A DNA stretch of 20,000 nucleotides, taken from NCBI GenBank assembly GCA_051453625.1, contig JBOZIK010000001.1, forward strand, positions 18,189,127 through 18,209,126, given 5' to 3'. Below the pieces are notes generated by a model. The model was given only the letters and a program-made list of their open reading frames with translations. It was not told the DNA's origin and made no database searches. The DNA comes from Welwitschia mirabilis (lineage: Eukaryota). Below are positions 1-11,382 of this stretch, one piece after another (position 1 is the first letter of the stretch; each line of letters begins with the position of its first letter). The position numbers and the translations under genes are program-made.

Positions 1-796
1 AAATGGCCAAACTATTGAAATTTTTATTAATTTTATAATTATTTAAATGGATTAAAATGTTAAAATAATGAAACATTCATTAAGTAAGCTATAAAAATTC
101 AAAAATTAGTAAGAAAATTTTTAATTACATAAGTTAAAGCAAGTAACCAAAAAAGTATCTCCAAATTCCACCTTATCTTTTATAATTTACCTTTTCCCCA
201 ATCACACATGTTTCTTGTTTTAAGAATTCATATCAAATTGAGCATTTAGTGTTATGACATTTTCTTCCAATAGAATTAAGCATGTTGTTTCTTAAAGAAA
301 CCAGTGCTACATAACCAATGAATGTCCATAGGTCTGATGCAATTAACTAAAACCAATTAATTAATCATATAAAATGAGATTTTAAAGAAGAGATATTATA
401 TTTTCTTTTTATTCTTTTCTTATATTCAATATTTTTTATGCACATAAAATGGGTCATTAGCTCATTATCTTAATTAATAAAGATCTTGTCCCCATAAAAT
501 GCTTGATAACAAATAACATAGTATGAAGGTAGATTTTACTTTTTTAAATCATATTTTCTAATTTGGAGATCTTTAGTAATATTTGTTATGTGTGAATTTG
601 TACAATACTAAAGCTCTTTAGGTAAACCTGTAAATCAAATAACTTGCAAAAAAACACGTGCTAGTATAGATAGAAGTTCACCTGAATGTCGTAATCCCAA
701 TAAGGCACTAGGCTTATAGGTAGAGAATTAATTTTCAAATGTATTTTTAGTATTTTTTCTTTTAATAATTGAAAGTAAATAACAATGCAAAAGTAA

Positions 797-1060
797 TGCA
801 AGATGAATGGATATGAAATGTAGTGAACAGAAAATGGAAATGGATTCTACTTAGATCTTATTTATTTTATCATAAGGACTACCTTATCTGTAACTTATAT
901 CAATTAAGAAGAGCATCCAACTAANNNNNNNNNNTGCAAGATGAATGGATATGAAATGCAATGAATGGAAATGGAAATGGATTCTACTTAGATCATAGTC
1001 CTTCTATCACAAGAACTACCTTCTCTATAAATTATATCAATTAAAAAGAGCATCCAACTA
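797..1060. repeat. Diverged ~127-bp direct duplication either side of a 10-N gap
   Basis: TGCAAGATGAATGGATATGAAATG...AAGAGCATCCAACTA at 797-923 and 935-1060, with numerous substitutions between the two copies. Confidence 0.8.
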
Positions 1061-1600
1061 TTTCTTAACCAACATAAACTATGAGATCTATCCAAGTAAG
1101 ATAAGGAATGAAATATGAAATGGAATAAAAAAGTAATGCAAATCTACTACTAACCAAGGTCAACCCTAACAAAGTTTGTCCTTATGATCTAGATAAATCA
1201 TAGAATTCTCACAAGAAATCATGATAAATGTAAATTAGAAGGGACATACAAAATAGAAATGAAATAATAATTGTATTGATTCAAAGAAGTATCTAAGAAT
1301 ATTACATCCACTTACAAAAGAATAATAGCACCTGAATGGAAGAGACTCATCCTAACACCAAGTAGACTGCTTTCTGTAGCTCTAGATGGATCTCTTGCCT
1401 TTTAATCCTCTATCACAAGTATCAGATATAAAAGATGGAGCTAGAAATAAAGGAGGGGAAGAGTATTTATAGTTTTGAATTTGAGGTTTTAGAAGCAAAA
1501 CCCTAAAGATGGGAAACAAAACCCTAACAACCCACATGGGTCGCTTGACTCCATTTGCAAAGATAATTCTTCTAAACATGAAAACATGGCTATCATCCCA

Positions 1601-1845
1601 TCTATCATTGGGATTATAAAGGGGACATCACCATTTGTCACATGTCTCCATGCCCATTGATAACCCTACAGCTTCTTTCCATGTTAGCAGTGTTGTCGTC
1701 CTGCCTATCGTGGGAATGACATAGGAGATAATGTCATGTGTCACATGTCTCTATGTGCTCCATGTACTGCTCTCAACCCTGCAGCTTCTATCCATGTTAG
1801 CAATGTCATTATCTTTCCTTTCATGGGAATGACACAGGGGACGAC
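1601..1845. repeat. Tandem repeat (~113-bp period, ~2.2 units) in the U3-like part of solo LTR 1
   Basis: CATGTTAGCA(G/A)TG at 1680 and 1793. CCTATCRTGGGAATGACAYAGGGGA-like motif occurs three times. Confidence 0.8.
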
Positions 1846-2061
1846 GATCTTTCTTTTCTCCAATATCAAAGGTAATTTAGTCTTTTTCATCATAAAGTTC
1901 TTCTTTCAAATATACAATGTTAGAATAGGCCTAAGAAACTGCTAAAAATACTAAGGATTACATCTTTTACTAATTATTTTGTCATATCTCCATAGTCATC
2001 AATATTGCATCAAAACCTATGTGAATGTTCTACAAAAGTACTCAAAATACACCATAAAATT

Positions 2062-2805
2062 NNNNNNNNNNNNNNNNNNNNNNNNNNNNNNNNNNNNNNN
2101 NNNNNNNNNNNNNNNNNNNNNNNNNNNNNNNNNNNNNNNNNNNNNNNNNNNNNNNNNNNNNNNNNNNNNNNNNNNNNNNNNNNNNNNNNNNNNNNNNNNN
2201 NNNNNNNNNNNNNNNNNNNNNNNNNNNNNNNNNNNNNNNNNNNNNNNNNNNNNNNNNNNNNNNNNNNNNNNNNNNNNNNNNNNNNNNNNNNNNNNNNNNN
2301 NNNNNNNNNNNNNNNNNNNNNNNNNNNNNNNNNNNNNNNNNNNNNNNNNNNNNNNNNNNNNNNNNNNNNNNNNNNNNNNNNNNNNNNNNNNNNNNNNNNN
2401 NNNNNNNNNNNNNNNNNNNNNNNNNNNNNNNNNNNNNNNNNNNNNNNNNNNNNNNNNNNNNNNNNNNNNNNNNNNNNNNNNNNNNNNNNNNNNNNNNNNN
2501 NNNNNNNNNNNNNNNNNNNNNNNNNNNNNNNNNNNNNNNNNNNNNNNNNNNNNNNNNNNNNNNNNNNNNNNNNNNNNNNNNNNNNNNNNNNNNNNNNNNN
2601 NNNNNNNNNNNNNNNNNNNNNNNNNNNNNNNNNNNNNNNNNNNNNNNNNNNNNNNNNNNNNNNNNNNNNNNNNNNNNNNNNNNNNNNNNNNNNNNNNNNN
2701 NNNNNNNNNNNNNNNNNNNNNNNNNNNNNNNNNNNNNNNNNNNNNNNNNNNNNNNNNNNNNNNNNNNNNNNNNNNNNNNNNNNNNNNNNNNNNNNNNNNN
2801 NNNNN
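2062..2805. other. Assembly gap (744 N)
   Basis: Run of N. Confidence 1.
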
Positions 2806-2939
2806 CATTATAACGATATTAGTCTTAATAAGATAACTTAAAACAAGCATAATCTTTTCTTAAAAAATACAAATAAACTTAAATTCTACCTTTGTTATAT
2901 TGAGAAGGCAATTACTTACTAATAGTTTATTCATTAAGG

Positions 2940-5609
2940 ACCATCAACCAAGTTCATCAAGTCTTGGTAACTCATGGATGGAGGGTAAGGATAGATGCTT
3001 GGTTACTTAATAGGATGATCTAAAAATGGAATGGGTATGTGAAATGGTTTAAACATGTGATTATGCTTATAATCATCTAAGAAAAACATCCTTGGGTTTT
3101 AATGAGTTGATTTCATTTTTTAAAGTTCTACCACAAGGGTTTTTTTTAAGGAAATGTAATATGCTAGGTTTAAAACTTTTAGAATTATGAGGATCAAGAC
3201 ATTAGTTATTTAAAAATGGTATAGAATAGTTATCATTTTCATGTATTAACTCTACACATACATGTAAAAACTTTAAAAGAACATGAGGGATGTAATTAAA
3301 AGAGTCTAAATGTTCAAAGTAAGATGTATTTCATTTTATTGCATTTCTATGCTTTTCTAATAAGTCTTGAAAGATGAGTCTAAAGCATTAAAATCATTAT
3401 AAGAAGAACACATGTTTGGTTCAACTAGAAAAGGATCAAGATTATGAACTTTGTAAACAAAATCAACATTCTTGTTATTCCCTAGTAATTCCACTATGTT
3501 AAAAATATTTAAATCCATTATTATGTTGCTAAAATAAATTTTCATACAACCATTTTTATAATAATAAGATTATTTAACATTTCTAGAAAAGGTCTATCGA
3601 AAATAACTAAAATTAAATTATACTTCATTGAATTCATTTCTAACATAATAAAATCTACTAAAAAGTAGTAATTATCTTTACAAACAACTATGTCTTTAAT
3701 CATTCTTAGTGGGATTTTAATAAGTTATATGCTAACTACAATTAGATTTTTGTCTTTTTAAGGTCATCAAGATGAAGGTCCTTGTAAATCAAGTGGGTAA
3801 AAGATTTACACATGCGTCTAGATCTAAGAAGACTTACTTAAGATGTTCATCTCCATATGTAATAATGATCGTACGGAAACTAGGATCTTTGTACTTTAAT
3901 GGAACTTGATCTTATATGATTTCATTTATTTGTTAGGTGAAAAAGATCTTTTTCTTAACATGCACTTTCCTCTTAATTATACACATGTCTTTTAAGAACT
4001 TAGCATAATATGGAATTTGTTTAATAAAAAACTAATAATGACATGTTAATTTTAATCTCTTCGAAAACCTATAAGCCTTTTAATTATTTATTTACAATGT
4101 GTTTCTTCCTAAGTTATTATGGAAAGGGTATAGGTTCTTAATAAGTAGGTAAAGGATCTTCTAAAGTTTCATATTTCTCACTATTTTCTATGGGATTTAG
4201 TTCTTCTTTAGTTTTGTTTTGCTTAAATTAATTATTCAACTCTTTCCCACTTCTAAGATAAATGGTTCTAGTGTCTACAATCTAGTTAGGCTCTAATCCT
4301 TCTATGAGCCAATTCCTTTTTGATTTAGCTATAAGCTTATGAGGAGTTTAATATATTCTCTTTAATTTAGAGAAGTGATAATTTGGGTGGTGATTTGCTA
4401 AAGTCTATTGAAAAAGGAAGTATATTAATGGATTGTCTATTCTAGATTACTCAAGAAGAAGAAATGTTGATTAAGCATTTTTCCATGTTTATAGATAATT
4501 CAGGTTTGATCATTAGTTATTTTGGGCTATCTCATGATTATTTTAGTCTTGGGTTTCCATGAATGTCCTTAATGATTCCTCCAATAAAGTATATGATAAA
4601 GTTTATTATTGATTTAATGATGATGGTAATGGATTTCTCAATTGACTAACATGATTTTAACCATGAAAAGTATCTTGTCTCTAAGAAAAATTAGGATGGT
4701 TCCTCTACATGGGGTTGTAAGTGTTTAAATATGAATTACTTTTGTTATTCTTTCACTAATGTCCTATGGCTTTGACTTATTCACATATAGTATTTTAAAA
4801 GATAGGTATAGAAAGATACTCAATTATTTTATTGAAGTCTAGGTAATAGATGAAGCATTTGGGTTTGAATGTCAATGATTTGGATGAGGTGAAAAGGGGT
4901 TTTACTTTTTTCAATAATACATCTATTTGTTTATTGATGTCAAAGTTGTTAAGCACTGTAAAAATACTCATAGACCTAACAAATGTTGGGGTTCTAGGTG
5001 GCTCAATTAGTTTCTCCTAGTTTTTTGAACTTTTATATTCTATTTTGGGGAAATCTTAAACTTTATCTAGTGGAAGACATAAGAAGATACCTCTTCTTAT
5101 CATCTCAATCAATTTCCTATTATTTGTTAATAATCCATCCTAAAATAAATTAATTTATCTACTTGACTTAAATCCATGTTGGAGACATTTCCAAAGTAGA
5201 TTATTAAGCCTCTCTAAGGCTTACGAGAAGGTTTTAAGATTTTTTTATTAATATTTTATGATCTTTCACATTAAAGCATTAGTTTTCTAACTTGGAAAAA
5301 AATTTGAAATAAATGCTTTATTTAAATTATTTTAAGTTCTAATTGATAAAGGTTTAAGAATATAGAGCTAGAACTTAGTTTTTTCTTTGAGGAAGAATAA
5401 GAAAAGAGTGAGTTTAAGGGTGTTAAAGGTGTTCAGATAGTGAGGTAAGGTAGATACCACACATTTAAATTACTTAAGGTATAGGTAGGGGTATTCAAAT
5501 TCTAAGCCATGAAAATGAAGAAGTAACTATATAGTGGATGGCTTAAACTCTAGTTTGTTGTATACTGTTACCAATTGGACTATACATTATGTAGTACCTA
5601 ACCATTGAA
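2940..5609 (-). pseudogene. gag-pol: Degenerate gag + aspartic protease polyprotein of an Athila-like Ty3/gypsy retrotransposon (main part)
   Basis: Manual minus-strand translation. Gag-like: LEFKPSTI*LLLHFHGLEFEYPYLYLK*F..LKLTLFLFFLKEKTKF*L..KPLSIRT*..FFPS*KTNAL..ERLNNLLWKCLQHGF (~5590-5100). Then KQIPYYAKFLKDMCIIKRK..KYKDPSFRTI..VFLDLDACVNLLP (degenerate LDLGAS catalytic motif at 3810-3827)..VDFIMLEM..DRPFL..NGCMKIYFSNIIMDLNIFN (includes ORF 3357-3545). Many stops and a few frameshifts. The 3' limit is approximate. Confidence 0.9.
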
Positions 5610-6137
5610 CACTACTAGAAATATAGGGTTTTAAGGCATTTATAAAATGCCTTAAAAGGCCTCAAGAAATGCATTAAATAATTTTAAGGCATTTTGTTAA
5701 AAAATCCCTTAAAAAGCCTTGCCTTACAAGCTTACATGATTTTAAGGTGTTTTCACATTAGAGGCATTTATTTTGTAAAATGACTTTAAACCCTTTTAAG
5801 GAGTTTTCTAATATAAACATCTTAAAATAATTTTGTTGTGGTGTGAATTTATTAAATCCTGAAGCTCTTTAAGTAAACCTAGAAATACAATAACTTGCTA
5901 AAAAACACACGCTAGTGTAGATGTAAGTTCACCCAAATGTCGTAATCCCAATGAAGGCACTAGGCTTAGAGTTAAAGAATTGATTTCCAAAGGTATTTTT
6001 AGTTTTTTTTTTTAATAGCTAAAAGTAAATAATAAAGTAAATGCAATGAAAGATACATGTAGATGAAATGCAAGTGGAAATGGAATGAAATCTCTTAGTT
6101 TCTAATCCTTCTATCACAAGGACTAGCCTTCTCTAAA

Positions 6138-6896
6138 NNNNNNNNNNNNNNNNNNNNNNNNNNNNNNNNNNNNNNNNNNNNNNNNNNNNNNNNNNNNNNN
6201 NNNNNNNNNNNNNNNNNNNNNNNNNNNNNNNNNNNNNNNNNNNNNNNNNNNNNNNNNNNNNNNNNNNNNNNNNNNNNNNNNNNNNNNNNNNNNNNNNNNN
6301 NNNNNNNNNNNNNNNNNNNNNNNNNNNNNNNNNNNNNNNNNNNNNNNNNNNNNNNNNNNNNNNNNNNNNNNNNNNNNNNNNNNNNNNNNNNNNNNNNNNN
6401 NNNNNNNNNNNNNNNNNNNNNNNNNNNNNNNNNNNNNNNNNNNNNNNNNNNNNNNNNNNNNNNNNNNNNNNNNNNNNNNNNNNNNNNNNNNNNNNNNNNN
6501 NNNNNNNNNNNNNNNNNNNNNNNNNNNNNNNNNNNNNNNNNNNNNNNNNNNNNNNNNNNNNNNNNNNNNNNNNNNNNNNNNNNNNNNNNNNNNNNNNNNN
6601 NNNNNNNNNNNNNNNNNNNNNNNNNNNNNNNNNNNNNNNNNNNNNNNNNNNNNNNNNNNNNNNNNNNNNNNNNNNNNNNNNNNNNNNNNNNNNNNNNNNN
6701 NNNNNNNNNNNNNNNNNNNNNNNNNNNNNNNNNNNNNNNNNNNNNNNNNNNNNNNNNNNNNNNNNNNNNNNNNNNNNNNNNNNNNNNNNNNNNNNNNNNN
6801 NNNNNNNNNNNNNNNNNNNNNNNNNNNNNNNNNNNNNNNNNNNNNNNNNNNNNNNNNNNNNNNNNNNNNNNNNNNNNNNNNNNNNNNNNNNNNNNN
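6138..6896. other. Assembly gap (759 N)
   Basis: Run of N. Confidence 1.
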
Positions 6897-7320
6897 ATCA
6901 ATTAAGAAAAGAATTCAACTAGTTCTTAACCAACATAAACTATGAGATCTATCAAGTAGATAAAGGAATGAAATATGAAAATGAAATGAAAAGACAATGC
7001 AAATCTACTATTAATCAAGATCAACCTTAACAAAGGTTGCCCTTATGATCTATATAAATCATAAAGTTGTTACTAAACTATGATTAATGTAAACCATAAG
7101 GGACATATAGAATGGAAATGAAATAATGATTGTATTAATTTAAAAGAGTATTCAAGAATACTACATCCACTTACAAATAGAATAATAGCATTTCAATGGA
7201 AGAAACTTAGCCTAACACCAAGTAAACTCCTTCCTATAGCTCTAGATGGACCTCTTTTTCTTCAATCCTCTATCATAAGTATCAGGTACAAAAGATGAAA
7301 CTAGAAATGAAGGAGAGAAA

Positions 7321-7332
7321 GGGTATTTATAG
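7321..7332 (-). promoter_or_regulatory. TATA box of solo LTR copy 2 (equivalent site at 1461-1472 in copy 1)
   Basis: CTATAAATACCC followed by a pyrimidine-rich tract on the minus strand, conserved in both copies. Confidence 0.6.
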
Positions 7333-7460
7333 TTTTTCATTTTAGGTTCTAGAAACAAAACCCTAGAGGTGGAAAATAAAGCCCTAATAATTCACATGGG
7401 TTACTTAACCCCATTTATAGAGCTATTTCTTTTCAAACATGCAAAAATAGTTGTTGTTCC

Positions 7461-7695
7461 ACCTGTCATTAGGATGACATAGGGGATGTCACCATGTGTC
7501 ACAAGCCTTCATGCCCCACTATTGGCCCTGCAGCTTCTGTCCATGTTAGCAGTGTTATTGTCTTGCCTATCATGAGGAAAACATAGGGGACATTGTCATG
7601 TATCACATGTCTTCATGTGCTGCTGTCAGCCCTGCAGATTCTATCCATGTTAGCAATGTCATTGTCCTGTCTATCATGAGGATGACATATGGGAT
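7461..7695. repeat. Tandem repeat (~104-bp period, ~2.2 units) in the U3-like part of solo LTR 2
   Basis: CATGTTAGCA(G/A)TG at 7542 and 7646. Homologous to 1601-1845. Confidence 0.8.
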
Positions 7696-10600
7696 AATGG
7701 TCTTCTTTTTCTCTAATCTCAAAGGTAAATTAGTCTTTTGCATTATGAAGTCTTTCTTCCAAATTTACAATGTTAGAATAGGCCTAAAAGACTACAAAAA
7801 ATGCTTAGGATCACATGTTTTACTGAGCATCTTATCAGATATCCATAGTCATTAGCATTACATCAAAACCTGTGTGAATGTCCTATAAAAGTACTCAAAA
7901 TACACCATAAAATTCCTACAAATTGGCATTATAACACCTTTTAAGATATTTTCTTACAAATTAAATGCCTTAAATCTATTTTGAGGCATTTTTACATGAA
8001 CATCTCAAAATGTTTTTGAGGTATCCTAGCAAATAAATGCCTTAAAATATATAACTTTAAAGTGGAAAAAAAGGCTAGTGGAAATTAATCTCTTGAGTCC
8101 ATTGATCACATATATATTGATACACTAAGACAACCAATAGAAGGATACATTCCAAAATTAAAGGACATGTTACTTTTATTGGTAGAGAATCATAAATGGT
8201 ATATTCATGAACTTCATAGCTTATATCTTAAATTCAAGAACTAAAAAGAATTAACAAATTTGATTATTACTCTTCATCAACTGTGGTTTTTTTAAAGGTT
8301 CTAATGATGGAAAAACTATGATAGGTTTCTAGCTTACTTTATTCCTAGTCTTTGTAATGTTTTTGTTTTCAATATAATTTCACTTATTTCTATTAATATC
8401 TGAAATCTTTATTCTTTATCATTTAATGTTGTTTATTTGATAATGTGGAAAAACTAAGATGAAAGAACTACTAGCTTGATGCGTTGGGTGACTCTCTCAA
8501 TTACTTTTAAACTATATTTGAAATATAAAATTCATCATCAATTCTACTTCAAGGTCTTGGAGTAGAGGTAGTTACTAAAAAATAGAAAGTTTGAAGAGAG
8601 CATTCACTAACAACCTAAGGAAAGCACTATAGAAGGATTAGAGCTCATTTCAATAAAGGTTTTTAGTGTAGTTTCAATTTTCAAACTTTTACAAAAGTCC
8701 ATTAGAAGCTTCCCTGGAGCCTTAATTTCTATATTACAAGCAATTGGCTCATTGAATAAGCTTGATAAGTCCAGCAAGAAAGCTTGACTTAATTATCATA
8801 AATTAGATTTTCAAGCATACTACTACTATGCATACAATAAACAAGGGATCTTTGAAAAGTATTTACACATTCTTTGGATGTCGCTTTTATCTTCTAAGAT
8901 ATGAGCTTTTATCTATAGATTCTTGGAAGACATTTCATGAAAAATACAAGTAGATATTAGGCATTCCACTTTATGATAAAATAAAGTGAATAATAAAGTT
9001 TTTTTATGCATGTCAACATGTTTTTTTTATTTTTTTAAGATTAAGTAGACAGAAAATAAGGAAACATTTAGACATATGCTTTATATGACTTCAAATTCCC
9101 TTTAACTCTATAATAAATAAGAATAGAGAATAAACTAATGGTAGACACAAAGCCTAAAAACAAGCAATTAGGTTAGCATTATTACAAGAAAATGGGCTTC
9201 ACAAATCATGTAATTGATAAAGCTCTTTACCATTAAAACATAGTCAAATATATGCATCAATTTCCCACTTGTAACTGCAACCAACTACTCTATCAAATCT
9301 ATTTAAAGGGAATTGGTATACTTTTAAACAAACCTTCTTCTAATGCCTTTACTTCTACTTATACATCTTTCACTATCACAACTATTAGTTACTATTTGTT
9401 TCCTTCATCTCCTATGATTAAACAACAAAGAAAATTGACTAGTGAGTTTCAGAAATCAAAAAAGACAGGAACCTTGGGCAGCAAAGGGAAAAGGAAAGTT
9501 AGCCATTATTAGGCTAGTAAGAGAACATGCATAACAATTTGGTTTTTTGGATCTAAGGCTACCTAAATTGTAATTACTCTTTGATTATTTTCTATTGAAT
9601 AGTCATGTTTCATTAAAATTACTTTATTTTAGTATTATATGAGCACTTGCATTATTAGCAAGAGTTATCATTACTTTCCAAACTTATGTAAGAGTAATTT
9701 ACAAGTTCATGCTTATTTCATTTATGTAAATTTCCATGTTATGTTTGAAAGAGTTTTATACTAAAGGGAAAATATACTATGAGAGTAATGTAGTGATGCT
9801 ATAAACTGTGGATTTTCTTTTTGTGTTGGAATAGGTAACTAGATGGTAACATACTATTTTTTAGCAGTGAGAGATTCATTTAAAATGAACTATTACTTTT
9901 CTCTTTGGTAATGAATCCAAAATCTGACAAAAGGTGATTTTATGTCAATTTTAAGTACATGAGCTTGTGCTTCTTGAATATGTTGAGATTCTTTCATATT
10001 ATAAGTCTTATCATTCTAGAATTACATCCTAAAATTAGTTTCTCTATGAAGCTAATACCATAAGCTATTTTGATAATGATTTTCGTTACACGTTTTTTGG
10101 CAGTAAAAGAGTACTAGTACCATAAGCTATTTTGAGATTACTATTTACACTATAATACCAATTTAAATGATAAATAAGTGAGCTTCATGTTGATTATTAG
10201 CCTTCTCTAAATTGTTTGCTTTCATATCCAATTATTTTTGTAGTATACATTGGGAACTTGTTTGTAACATTTGGATTATAGTTTCTCTTTTTTATATAAA
10301 ATTTTTGGTGCATGGCATGAGCATTAGTTATTTAAGATGCAAATGAAGGTGATATATTTCATTTTTAAAGCATTAGCTAAGTCCTAAAAATACCTATAAG
10401 TGGCTACACTCCACATAATAGTAAAACCTGACAGGATCTTCTTAGACTTTGTTTTAATTTGTTTCTACTCCCTAAAAACTGAAACTCAGAATAGAATCTG
10501 GAAGAAAGATCTTGCCTTTCCTTACTATTTCTCTTTTCCATGTATTAAATTTTGTCTAAAATCATGCTTTAGTCTAGCTCTATTAATGTTATAAATAAAT

Positions 10601-11382
10601 GTCCCTTCAAGTTTGTATTTCCCATGTTAGTACCAACTGATTTCTGAATTTTCAATTTTTTTTAGTAATGATTGATATTTAAGATAAATAGTTTCCTATT
10701 TAGCATTGAACTATAAAAACATTTTACTTTACTTATTTTGGTTTAATTTCTTATAGACTAATTTTTTTTGTGCCTTCCCTATTAGCTTCCCTAGCTGAAA
10801 TAAGAAAGACAAAACATAGAAGACCTTCTTATCATCTACCATTGGTAGGATATTATCATTGAAGATAAGTTGGGTAGTTATAAATCTTAATAAGATGGGT
10901 GCTATTCTTATTTTATTGTTAAGATTATCATTATTATAGAATAGTAGTGCTAGATGTGAATAAATATACACAATGAGAAGATTTACTAATGTTATGTTTC
11001 TTGTGTCATGCAAACAAAAAGTGCCCAACATAGGTAGGGGAGAAAGAAGAGAGAGGACCATATGGTAAAAACATCAAATGGATCTGAGCTCCATAATAAA
11101 TTAACATAAGGCTTTTTAAAAACCATTTTAAAGCATTTCATCATCATAATATTCAGCATTACTAATGCCTCCAACATCATATATCTAGTGAACTTGATAA
11201 GAAAGTTTATGGCATCACCACATTATACTAATTTTCAAGTAGGGAACATAATCTTGAGGTATGTAAAAGGAAATTTAAATTTTGGTCCATTCTACAAACT
11301 TATATATAACAAATAAGAGATAAATTTGCTTCTAATACAAAATTCATGCATAAGACCATAGGTTAAAGAATCAATAACATAC

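Larger units (their letters stand above)
584..2815 (-). mobile_element. Solo LTR (copy 1) of an LTR-retrotransposon family, containing assembly gaps 925-934 and 2062-2805
   Basis: Starts TGTTATGTGTGAATTTGTA (584) and ends ...CATTATAACG (2815; CA in copy 2). Flanked by a perfect 5-bp direct repeat ATATT (579-583 and 2816-2820). Colinear with 5834-7936. Minus-strand TATA box CTATAAATAC at ~1463-1472. No PBS, PPT or coding sequence seen next to it. Confidence 0.85.
5834..7936 (-). mobile_element. Solo LTR (copy 2), same family as 584-2815, nested in the left CACTA subterminal repeats; contains gap 6138-6896
   Basis: TG...CA termini (TGTTGTGGTGTGAATTT ... AAATTGGCATTATAACA) with an imperfect ~20-bp terminal inverted repeat. 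Colinear similarity to copy 1. TATA box CTATAAATACCC (reverse complement of 7321-7332). Flanks AATTT/CCTTT match at only 3 of 5 bases. CACTA repeat units continue on both sides. Confidence 0.85.
5625..8050. repeat. Left CACTA subterminal repeat array (5625-5833 and 7937-8050, split by the solo LTR)
   Basis: Multiple TTTTAAGGCATTT / AAATGCCTTAAAA motifs and variants in alternating orientation. Confidence 0.85.

Noticed and set aside
1736..1945. Similar small ORFs at 1736-1945 and 7598-7855 as a conserved peptide gene pair
   Set aside because: The similarity comes from the duplicated LTR. The ORFs are antisense to the LTR promoter, start inside a tandem repeat and have different stops.
1979..2850. 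Long ORFs of 277-285 aa, and the 268-aa ORF at 6095-6901
   Set aside because: They consist almost entirely of N-gap translation.
5625..5833. Spaced, partly palindromic repeats as a CRISPR array or structured RNA
   Set aside because: The units are short, degenerate, alternate in orientation and adjoin a CACTA terminus. There are no cas genes and the context is eukaryotic.
584..7936. The two LTR copies as the 5' and 3' LTRs of one element enclosing the gag-protease region
   Set aside because: Copy 1 has its own perfect TSD, copy 2 sits inside the CACTA arm, no PBS/PPT adjoins them, and the gag continues at 17441 with its own PBS at 18542.
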